From Psilocybe cubensis (Eukaryota), in assembly GCA_017499595.2 (NCBI GenBank), contig CM039006.1, forward strand, positions 1,984,001 through 2,048,000: a stretch of 64,000 bases of DNA. Reading direction: 5' to 3'. Shown here in pieces: positions 1-10,709 of the stretch (position 1 is its first letter; every line of letters begins with the position of its first letter). The translations under genes and the position numbers were made by a program. A model generated the notes under the pieces. The model was not told the origin of the DNA, made no database searches, and worked only from the letters and a program-made list of their open reading frames with translations.

Positions 1-1893
1 TTAAAGAGAGTTGAGCATGGAAGTGCATTATCAAAAAAGAAAAAATCCTACTGAGGCCCGAGCATCCTCCCGCTTGTATCTCTACGGTTAGATCCTGTAA
101 GAACTGGTGGGAATAATCGTAATGATTCATTTCTTCCGATATCAAAGCTATCAGGAAATGAAAACTTGACTTTATATGAAAAGCAAACTCACATAACAGC
201 ATTGAGGTAAGGTAAATGCGCTTGCTTGCTAGAGTCCATTATGTCATTTCCAAGCCCGTCCACTTCAGCTTGTAGACGTTTATAGATGGTAGGATTGCAT
301 ATCAGGAAGTAGAATATGTGCGCAAGGGCAGTAGCAGTGGTGTCGGAGCCTGCAATAATTGCCAAACCACCTGTAATACAAAGCTGAATAAAGAGAACAT
401 CGAAAAGCAGATTAAAAATTCTGACCATCGCTCACAATCTCAGCTACAGTTGGACGTTCCGAAGCTACACCGTCCTCATCAATCTGTGTGCAGTTAGACC
501 CGGAAGCATTACGATATTGCGAACGGGAAATGGACTTACCAAATGGTGGAAGATATCTTTATGAGTTGAGCCTTGGGTTCTTCTCATTGCAGCTTTTCTT
601 CTGGCATAGTTTCGGAATTCTTTAAGATCGCCCAACCCAAAAGGGAGTCTAAACAAAATGCCGGCTAGCCAAGGTACGTGACTCATGAATGTTGCGCTTC
701 TATAACAATAAATAAGTTTTGAACGATGATATGAACAAAAGAGTGAAGCTCACTGCTGAGATGCTTCAATCATATGCCAAAGATTTTGTTCATCTGCTTG
801 TGCTTTCATCATCTCTGATCCTCCACCAAACCTGCGGAGGTTATTAGCGCCAAAATAGGGTTGATTGAATAAGGTATCCTCTTACGCCAAATCACTCATA
901 ATGTCATATCTATAACAAAGAGTTAGGCTGATGTGTAGGTGCAAGAACATAAACAAGCGCTCACGCAAAATAAGAAGTAAAATCAGTAAAATTCCCAGCA
1001 CCCTTCTGTGACAAAACCAAGTCAACGAGCTGACTGGACCTTTTGATGACGGTCTCTTCATATCCTTTGAGGGCGTTTGTGCTGAAGGCCCTTGTCCAAG
1101 GTCGTCGGCGCCTAGCGTGTTCCTGCTTATCGTTGATGGCGATTAACGGCTTCACAGGTTGATTAGGGGGTACTCGTCCATCCCAAACTAAACAAAAGAA
1201 CAGGCTAAATATTTTGTCACGAATAATCCCCGTTTTTAATTCAACTTACATGGTCCTTTGGCGAGTCCCGTTGCTCCTAATGTCGGCTGTACAGAGTGCG
1301 GATCAATGATCGACAACTCATTTGGGCCTAAAATCTGGCATCAACATTTTCGCTCGAGTGTTGAAGAGAAATTGCAACGCGAACGAACCGACTCTCACGA
1401 CATCACCGTACTGTGCGTGAAGCTTGGAATATAACGTATACTGTTTTCCCGAGGTTGACATAAAGGCACCGTATAATTTGGTTACTCGGCAAAGGAGTGG
1501 CCCTGGATATTTGGCCAGAGGATGCCAGGGAGAAAGTCGATAAGCTACAAGCGAAGCCAGAATACTTCCCCAGAAAAGGGGGAAAATCGTAAGCACCGCC
1601 GTCCAGAGCGTGCTTGCGTGAGGTAGGTAAAGGGAGGTAAGGCCCGAAGGGACTCCCAGAAGTAGGGTGAACACTACAAGTGGCTCGTAGGATTCATACT
1701 TCTTGAAAGTGAGATGCACAGCCTGAAAAATGGTCAAATGGTTGACAATGATGATGCTGGAGTCGAAAGATGTGCGACTTACAATGCCTATACCAACCGC
1801 CGCTAAAAGAGCGTCTGTGCGGGACAGTTGGGCCTTGGTAGCAAGGTTCTGCGGTATCTCGTAGAACGAATGATCAGTGATGTTCGACATCAT
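1..1893 (-). CDS. Cytochrome P450 (multi-exon; 3' end runs off the window start)
   Basis: Exon ORFs contain YRLSPWHPLAKYPGP, LHAQYGDVVRVG, HARRRRPWTRAFS and the I-helix AIIAGSDTT; GT-AG introns lie between them. Clear paralog of 19452-21698. Confidence 0.9.
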
Positions 1894-2784
1894 GAAACAG
1901 AGGCCTGATGGTGGAACGGCACAAACTTAGTGCTTTAAAAGAATGTCGGCTCCAGTGTGTCCAAAATTATTATCCCAAAGTTGTCCCAAGTTGCTTCTTC
2001 GGGGTTGGCTAGCCCTGCCCGAGGTCCAATTCTTTCGGAGTCAAAATTTCGCACACCAGCTGTCCATGGTGACGGTAGCCTATACGATGATAAGGAACGT
2101 AAAGGGTGTGACGGTTATGTTCGGATAGATGAGCTTGAGAAGTTTTTTCATTTTTCTGTTTTGTTAAATATAAAGAAATCGGTTGAATAACGAATATGAA
2201 TTAGTATTGCAAGAGCAACTTGTATTAGTAGAATTCTGCATCTTCAAAGTCGCCAGTTATCATCATATTCACCTTTCAATGAGAGGCTTACCATCACTTA
2301 CCAGCTGTCATTTCGGACCAAGCATGCGTCGAGGACGTGTCTTCTGACCGATAACGTCAGCTAATCAGCAGTTCATGGACATAAGTATGACCGAAATCGC
2401 TATAATGAACTGCCCTGACCTATAGTTAAACGTGTCGAAGACATTTGCAAGAAATGACGAGCCTCTTCTATCTTCCGATGAGTATCAGCAAGTAATATTA
2501 GCCAATCGGCAACTATACAGCCGTAAAGAACGTACTCTCACTACATCCTCAAGACTAAGCAACCACTAAAACTTAGTAAAAGCGAAGATTGTGCCCCAAC
2601 AACTGTTTCAACGAATAGTAGTAGAACTAGTCGGCATTTAGGAGAAAATATCCGGAGGTCCGGGCAAAGCCGCAAATGATGCGTGCATCCATCGCGAAAA
2701 CCGCCAAAAACCAGATAGAATGGATTAATATAATCATAATTTCCGCCGGACGGAGTGTCCGGCGGACAGCACGTGACCCACGTG

Positions 2785-3232
2785 ACCACCGCGGTGGTGA
2801 AATTGACATGTTAGTTTCACCACTGAAGTGGTCAAATCCGACATGTAAATTTGATCACTCCAGTGATCAAGAACAGCATGTAAGTATGACCACTTCAGTG
2901 GTGGAATGTAGCAAGTTAATATCAGCACTGAAGTGGTGAAATTAATATGTTGGAGTTTGCCACTTCAGTGCTGAAATTGACTTGTTGTATTCTACCACTG
3001 CAGTGGTCATAGTTGTGTGTCAGATAGAATAAATACAATGCTAAGAATAGTAATTATTGCTACTTTTATAATTTCTACACCACTGGAGTGGTAACATTTA
3101 GAATGTATCTTATATCACTCAAGTGCTAGAACAGTGCACATGATTTGTACCACTGAAGTGGTGAAATTGTCTACATAACTTATACCACTGCAGTGGTGGA
3201 ATTATTAGTTTCAATCTCACCACTCCAGTGCT
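2785..3232. repeat. Array of 12 palindromic 14-mers (consensus ACCACT-NN-AGTGGT) on a 35-bp period
   Basis: Cores start at 2787 (CACCGCGGTG variant), 2821, 2856, 2891, 2926, 2961, 2996, then 3081, 3116, 3151, 3186, 3221; divergent 20-21-bp AT-rich linkers. Confidence 0.95.
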
Positions 3233-3261
3233 TGACATATTTTAGCAGTTTGTTTTATTTC

Positions 3262-3400
3262 TTAGGGTTGGATTAATTAATTAATTAGATTAGGTAGTTT
3301 AGGGGTGGGATTAGGTAGTTTAGGGTTGGGTGTAGGGGTTAGGGGTTAGGGGTTAGGGATTATGGGTTAGGGATTAGGGGTTAGGGATTAGTTTTTAGGG
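3262..3400 (+). repeat. Interstitial degenerate telomere-like repeat (TTAGGG / TTAGGGG / TTAGGGA)
   Basis: Multiple TTAGGG-type units, e.g. GGGGTTAGGGGTTAGGGGTTAGGGATTA. Confidence 0.85.
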
Positions 3401-5360
3401 TTGTTGAGTATATATACAAAGCGCGCGAGAGCGCGCGCAATGTACATTGAGACGCGACATGACGAGGTAGTCACGTGAGTCTGTCCGGCGGATGTCCGGC
3501 GGACGCGCGGACACAGTAATCCATTCGGTCTCCCAAAAACATGCATTGCCTTTGTACCCTTTTAAGGTAAGTCAGGAATTAGCCGACCTTACCAAGCCAA
3601 TCAAAACATTTGTTGACCTTGGATTGCCTTTGAAAGGTTAGTGAATTATTAACTGATCTTTGCTTGGGATTTTAATATTTGTTCTTATTGTAAGTCATAG
3701 CAAAAGATTTCAGATGTATGTATAATCAGAGAATTATAAATTCTGCCTTATTTTCCAATATAATTATATGCTTTGCCTTATATTGTGTTGTAAAGCTTTA
3801 GAAAAATATTTCCTTGTTAATGAAATCTTCCCTAAAAATTGAAAGGCAAACCAATATCTAGATTAGTAGTGTAGGTTATTCATTGATTTTTAGTTATTAT
3901 ATTGATTGTTCAATATTTATAACCACGGGGCGCTCCTCACTGCTCAGAGCAAGCTCAGAGACAAAGTTTCGTGAGAGATCACATGACATAGAGTCAGACA
4001 TTGGGGCCACGGAAATTGGGGACGGGGACTCTAAAAGACCGTCACACAACTCAAAACGACTCTGTCAAGGCTTTTCACTTCCCCCATCTTCAAGAAATTA
4101 AATGGTAAGAATTTCTTCCTAACTTGTGAGATTCCTGCCTTATAACCTCTAGCATATACAGTTCTAACAGTACTGGACTGGGTTTGGCTGGTCAGATAGT
4201 AAGTGCACATCATATTCTGTACCATCTATTCCACAATGTACTCATTTTCAACACAAAGGTGACCAACTATCTGATTCTCGCACTCGGTCTCGTTCTCGCT
4301 TTTAGCGTAGTTTTTTTGCTCTGCTGTTTTGACTTCTACAGTAGCTTTTTTTACTACACGTGTATTTGTATTTAGTTGGTTAATAAGCAATTTGTACATT
4401 TCTGGATACCGGCGGCCAAGCCAGAAAGAGTGAAATAAGATTCATTAATGAGCGCACATCTTTGCAAACTTACCCAGCTTTGCAAGGGCAATTAAAGATT
4501 TGCCCTGCCTTCAAAGGTCAACTAAGAATGACCGAAAGTTACTAAGGATTTGCAATGTTGCTAATTATAACGTGTTTTTACTTGTAAGTGCTTACAAGTA
4601 AGGCCATTTATAATCTTTGTGTCCTTAGTGCCATTTGTTACCTTTATTAGCAATGTATTATCTGGCAAACTTATGGCGGTTTTCGCGATGTCGGCCCCTT
4701 GTCCGTTCAAGGAGCGGCTTGTGAGATGAGAATTATGGCATTCATGTTTGTAGACGTATTCTATCTTTGACAACGACGCTTTGGCTCCACCTTCTCGTCC
4801 TATCTTTGGTGGGTTTAAGTATGACTTGCAGAGACTGTAAGTAGTTGTTAGCTGCACTGGCCAGCTTCACCGATTAGGGAGCATGTGGATTCGCTTTCGT
4901 TAGAGTTTTCTGGTGTCATTCGTAAAGGTACGTTGAAGAAACCTCAAGAGGATTAGTTTGTAATGAGTGTAGATGTGCTACAATCGATGACGATGCACTG
5001 TTACATTCAAGTTACATTACGCAGTCTTATATCGGTGATCAGAGTATTAGCTGAGTATCAAAACTGGATACAGCCAACTAAAACAATGGTTCAGACTTTT
5101 CAAAAGCCAAATTGTATTTGTAAGAGCATTCGACACCAGAACTAGTCAATAATTCCAAGCCAAGTAGCATCAAGAATCAGTTAGTTCTCTTGAGTTAGAT
5201 CGCTCATTTTAGCATAGTTTTGCGGTGGATGAACAACAACGTGTTAATCCTCCCATATAACTCGAAGTTTTTTTTGTTTTCAAAAGTGACATTGGACTAA
5301 AGGAACAATTTGTGTAACTGTATTCAAACACCTCACATGAAAAAAAAATTGCAAAAATAT

Positions 5361-5432
5361 CTCTCCGCCTGGGAGTCGAACCCAGCTTTCGCGCGTGACA
5401 GGCGCGTGTACTAACCGATATACTAGCAGAGA
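5361..5432 (-). tRNA. tRNA-Asp(GUC), intronless
   Basis: Reverse complement TCTCTGCTAGTATATCGGTTAGTACACGCGCCT-GTC-ACGCGCGAAAGCTGGGTTCGACTCCCAGGCGGAGAG folds as a cloverleaf with a GTTCGA T-loop; a downstream T-run could serve as Pol III terminator. Confidence 0.95.
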
Positions 5433-5533
5433 TTATGACAATCGTGACGCATCAAGTCTATTTTTACGTCCACCGCGTGAGGCCAGTCAATTTGTTGCAG
5501 TTGTAGGGAATCGCGTCTTGGACGTTGCGCTCA

Positions 5534-8500
5534 ATGACGGCGCGTGTTCTATCATCATGGAACACAATCCACACACACTGCAGGCTCAGAAAACTCAATC
5601 TTTCTCGCTATCTATCCGCAAAACCGGCAGCCGACAATAACACGTACTCAAACACCCTGCTTCTTCCGAAAACCTCATTTCCATTGAGGTCGAATCCCAA
5701 GGAGACAGACAATACTTATAGGGATCTATCCTGTGATTCACTCTACCGGTGGCAGGTTAGTAGCTGGTATGTAGGGTGGTCTAAATGTCTAATAAGCTTT
5801 TGTAGTGGGAAAACGCGAAAGGGCCACTTTTCGTGCTGCACGATGGACCACCCTATGCCAATGGTGACTTGCACATGGGTATGTTTCTTAGTCTCTGGAC
5901 AAACTACATTTTTAACCGGACACATAGGCCATGCCCTCAATAAGATCATAAAGGACATAATCAATCGGTTTCACCTATCGCAAGGCCGCAAAGTCCAGTA
6001 TGCTACTGTCTTCACCATGTACATTAGAAGTCACACTGAAGGGGAAACGACAGTTATGTGCCAGGTTGGGACTGCCACGGTCTTCCGATTGAAAATAAAG
6101 CTATGAAGGAAATGAAGGTATGTGTTGAGATTATTTCGCATACATGTGTTGACCTTGGTTCGTATCAAGCGTAGTCCACTCAACACGCCAGCTTCCGTTA
6201 TCCGAAACGCAGCAAAGGAGACTGCTTTGAGGGAAATCGATTCTCAGAGGAATCAGTTCAGACCCTTGGCCGTGATGGCTGACTGGGATTCGCAGGAAAG
6301 AACATATCGCACACTTGACCGGCACTATGAGATCAGACAGCTACGGATATTCCAAAAGATGGTCGAAAAAGGCGCGTGTTTGTGACCAGTTCATGCTTAT
6401 CCTATTTTGACAGTTCGTTCGATATCAAAATCCGACTCTCAGGCCAAATTTATCGTCAACACAGGCCTGTACACTACTCACCTTCTTCACATTCAGCCCT
6501 GGCTGAAGCTGAGCTGGAATATAAGGATGACCACGTTTCCCATTCCGTCTATGTCACCTTCGATCTCGCTGAACCCAACGATGTACTACGGAAGCTTGTT
6601 TCGAACAGACCGAAAGTACAGTTTCTGGTATGGACCACCACTCCTTGGACATTAACAGCTAACATGGTGCGTTCTCGTTCTCATTCTCAGTGTTCCGTGA
6701 TAATCTGACATCGCGGTTGACAGGGTATTGCCGTTCACGACGAGCTTGTTTACGAGGTAGTCGTCAGAGAGGATGGTGGGGTACTTATCGTGGCACGCGA
6801 CCGTTTGGATGCACTTTCATCGTTCCTCGGTGAAGTTCAGGTCATTGGTAGTATCACAGGTAAGTATCATTTTCAAGAGTATTGGATGTTTTGCTCACCG
6901 TGCTTTAGGAAAGGACTTGGTTGGCGTTTCATACCATCCCATATTCTCTTCTGCATCGTCCCCAGCTCAGCCTCTGAAAATCATCCACGCCCCCCATGTT
7001 ACAGCACTTTCAGGCACTGGGCTTGTACACTGCGCACCAGCGCATGGTGCCGAAGACTATGATGCTTTCCGTCTGCAGAATCTACTTCAGACCTCTGGCC
7101 CTACCGGCTCCAACGTGTTGTGCCATGTTAATAGCAGAGGCCAATTTACCTCAGAAGTTGTGGATGTGGTAGGACCTGAACATGCACCGAAGCTTGTTGG
7201 ACAGGAGGTGTTGGGTGACGGAAACAAAGCTATGGTCATATTGCTGAAGGAACTGGATAAGGTGTTGAAAATCCAACGAATTAAGCATCGATACCCTTAC
7301 GATTGGAAAACTAATGAACCCATCATTGTGACGTGGGTGCTTTTTTGTGCTGCTGTTCCTAATTCAAACTAAAGATGTAAAACAGTGCTACATCGCAGTG
7401 GTTTGCCAATCTTGACCACATCAAGGCCGATGCGCTGGGTGCCTTGAAGGACGTTTCATTCTTCCCGGAACTTTGTAAGTGTATCACCAAGATCATCATA
7501 TGCATATTCTAATGCATCACAACGTAGCCCGTAAACGCCTTGAAGCTTTCGTGCGATCGCGATCCGAATGGTGTATATCCCGACAACGCGTCTGGGGCGT
7601 ACCCATTCCTGCCCTCCACCACATTGCCTCCGGCCGCGTCGTTCTGGACTCACCTACTCTTGAATACATCATCAACGCCCTCGAAACCAAGGATGTCGAC
7701 TGGTGGGAGTCTCCCATAGAAGAGTTCGTCCCGCCCTGGCTTTTAGAAGACGGTAAATCGGCAGCAGAGACGTGGGAGCGCGGCAGGGACACCATGGACG
7801 TGTGGTTCGACAGTGGCACGTCGTGGTCGATGCTCGAGGAGATGGGGGTTGGTCGCGATCGGGCCGGGTCGCGTACTGCTGGCAATGGAAGGCAATTTGA
7901 CGCGGATGTCTGCTTGGAAGGGTCTGATCAGCATCGTGGGTGGTTCCAGAGCCAGCTGTTGACCGCTATTGGATCGCGATCGTCTGAGGATAAGGCTGTT
8001 AGCCCGTATGCGGCCCTTATTACTCATGGAATGGTGCTCGATGAGAAGGGCAAGAAGATGAGCAAGTCGTTGGGTAACATCGTCAGCCCCATGACAATAG
8101 TGAACGGTTCCCAGGTACCTTTACTCAATTCAGGCGCATCTATTCATTGCTGACGAATAATTACCTCTACATGTAGGATGGGAAACAGCCGGCTTATGGT
8201 GTTGATGTACTTAGGCTTTGGGCAGCGACTGTTGACTTTTGGAGAGACATGTCCATCGGACCTACGGTTATTTCCCAAGCTGCAGAGTCTCTGCGCAAGC
8301 TACGCAACTCTGCGAGGTTCTGTCTCGGCAACCTTGATACTGACAGCTTGGATAGGCTGGGGAGAGTGCCGAAGGCTGAAATGAATATTGTGAGTTTGTG
8401 TATCCTCAGGTACACCAAGTGATTCCCACCAGCTAACTTGAACAACCAAGTTGGATCGATATGTTATGCATGAACTATATACCCTAGAACAGACAGCTTT

Positions 8501-9559
8501 AGAAGGCTACAAATCCTATAATTTCCCAAAAGGTACGTTGCTTATAAATGCAATGCGACTAGGTTTCTAATATTTTCGTTTCGCAAACAGTAATCAGTGC
8601 TCTAAATAATTTCGCTAACATAACCCTGTCATCTTTATACTTTGACATCACAAAAGACTGCTTGTATGCAAACACCATTGAAAGCCATGAAAGGAGAGCA
8701 GTGTGTACAGTCTTGGAACAGGTCTGAAATTGTTTGTATTCTATGCACAAAGACATTCTGATTGATAATTTCTTCAGATTCTGGGAACCATGACGAAGGT
8801 TTTGGCACCAGTTCTCCCTTACCTCGCTGAAGAAATACACGCAACCTGGAAAGCTGACCAGAAGTCGGTCTTCATGACACCTTGGACTCCTTTGGTACGG
8901 TTCGACTTCCGTTTCCTTCTCTTGGGGGAAAAATTCTAACACAATTATAGGGTATGGAATGGAAGGATGAACAGGCGGCAGCAGATGTGTCCCAGTTGCT
9001 TGGTGTTCGTACCACGGTACTCTCTCTCCTTGAGAAAGCCAGGCGTGCAAAGTCAGTTGAAACCAATTATACAAATATGTCAATGTATTGAAAGTGTCTG
9101 GCAGGTACCTCAGAAGCTCCCTGGAGGCTGAAGTGAAAATCGTATATCCTGGAGGACACCACAATGAGACCCTTGTGCAGCTGCTGAAACGTGAAGGTAA
9201 TGTGGCTTTCGCCTTGAAGCAATTTACCTCCATTAACACGCTGCACCCATATCCAGAAGATTTACTGAAAACGTTGCTCATCGTTTCCGACGCTTCTGTT
9301 TCGGACAAGGCGGATTTTAGCACAGAGGACTTGGAGTGGTCATATGCAAACACAACTGATATCAAAAGTAAAGTGATATTTCAGTTTCAGTCATTGTTCC
9401 GTTTTGACAATGATTTTCTCAATAGTCAGGGACGGTACACATTCACTTGAAATCTACGCTGTCCCCTCTAGCCTACACAAATGCCCCAGATGTTGGAAGT
9501 TCACTCGCGAAGAAAACGACGATTTATGTAGTCGTTGTGCGGACGTCTGTCACCATTAG
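5534..9559 (+). CDS. ISM1: Isoleucyl-tRNA synthetase, mitochondrial/bacterial type (multi-exon)
   Basis: N-terminal presequence-like segment then [27 protein letters not shown] (HIGH-type), [43 protein letters not shown] and a C-terminal CPRC...CSRC zinc finger ending TAG at 9557-9559. Confidence 0.93.
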
Positions 9560-9692
9560 CAATAGCATAAATTATTGTCAGATGCTTGATATAATAAGAT
9601 AATAGTTAACTGTATAACTACCATGTTAATTTGTGCTCAAAGTATTGGTCAAGGATGAAACCAATAATTTGACAAAAGTCGGTGGAAAAAGC

Positions 9693-9757
9693 AAAATAAA
9701 TATTGAGATCCGTAGATCTACCACTCCGGGAAAGCGTGTCATCCTTGTGCAGGGGCC

Positions 9758-9788
<31 letters not shown>

Positions 9789-9812
9789 TTCGTATGTCAC
9801 CCCGAAGGGGAC
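9693..9812 (-). ncRNA. U6: U6 spliceosomal snRNA
   Basis: Reverse complement has a 5' hairpin GTCCCCTTCGGGGTGAC and the conserved core TTGGAACGATACAGAGAAGATTAGCATGGCCCCTGCACAAGGATGACACG, and ends in a T-run. Confidence 0.95.
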
Positions 9813-10709
9813 AATAGTGTATGGCAGTGGGATGTTGACATAGCAAGGGTTTTGCTTTTTGCTTAGCTCACGGGGTGAGACTTCTTACCAAATATAGAAA
9901 TCAGCGAGGTTGCCCATATCCTACGCTTGTTCTACGCTGGCAATTAATGCCCGTACCATGCTTTCCTCCAGCGTGAGAGAGTCGTCGTCAAAAGATTGGC
10001 CACAGCTATAGGTGCTAATATTAATGAGTAAAATGTAAAACAAAAATTGTACCTTGCTGTTGCAGATGTCAGATTCAATAATGCAGTGGCTGGTGCTGGT
10101 ACTGCTGGTACCCGTTTTCACAAAGAATGATCGAGACCCCGTCACCTAAAAATTCGGAATGAGAGTGTTATATGCTCCCCCAGATCTGAGTTCAGATAAC
10201 CTCGGGAGAATGCATCAGAATGTCTGATGCAAGTCTGATGATACCGAAAGTATACACTGCGACCCACTGTGTATGATCAACTGTTCATACTAATCGAGGA
10301 CTGCTGAAATGGTTATCCAAACTTCATTCAATCCCTACGCTACTTAGTGAAGCTTATTCACATTCTGTGAGCCGGACGTCTACCTTCTTATTCTCCTATA
10401 TTGGGGGGCAGCAATCAGACCAGCGGTGTCTATTTTATTAATATCCTCGAGTACCTCAAACGTTGCTCAAACAGCTACCTAAATTTAGCACAGAATAGCT
10501 ATCGGGCAGTATGTATTCCTTCAGGTACAACTTATCATATAGAAAGGTCAAGAATACATATATATTGCAAATACCACCGCAAGGTACATCAATTGTGACG
10601 ATTTTGGCCACACACAGCACGCGTATATAAGGCTTTGCTGTGTGTTTCATACCTAGAGAGCCGCTCTCGGGAGCACTACTACCTTCAGAAGCACTTTGTC
10701 CTCTTCTTC

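Larger units (their letters stand above)
2649..3534 (-). mobile_element. Non-autonomous element with asymmetric subterminal inverted repeats, central tandem array and telomere-like microsatellite (Helentron/Helitron2 HINE- or DINE-1-like)
   Basis: Inverted repeat GAATGGATTA (2718-2727) / TAATCCATTC (3517-3526); terminal hairpin CCGGA-GG-TCCGG (2652-2663); A-runs at both flanks (T-runs on the minus strand); GTCCGGCGGA motifs near both ends; no coding capacity. Boundaries are approximate and the family is inferred. Confidence 0.55.

Noticed and set aside
2785-3232. True CRISPR array
   Set aside because: Eukaryotic context, no cas genes, a repeat of only 14 bp, and linkers that are weakly related to each other.
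3262-3400. Chromosome end or telomere fusion
   Set aside because: The tract is short, degenerate, in one orientation and embedded in an element with genes on both sides.
3540-4560. Possible second TIR element (TTGCCTTTG / CAAAGG-type motifs at both ends)
   Set aside because: No clean terminal inverted repeat or TSD could be defined by eye.
8559-9365. 268-aa minus-strand ORF
   Set aside because: Antisense to IleRS exons, with no recognisable motifs.
9618-9800. 60-aa ORF MTYEKIGTIQRRLAWPLHKDD
   Set aside because: Spurious translation of the U6 snRNA.
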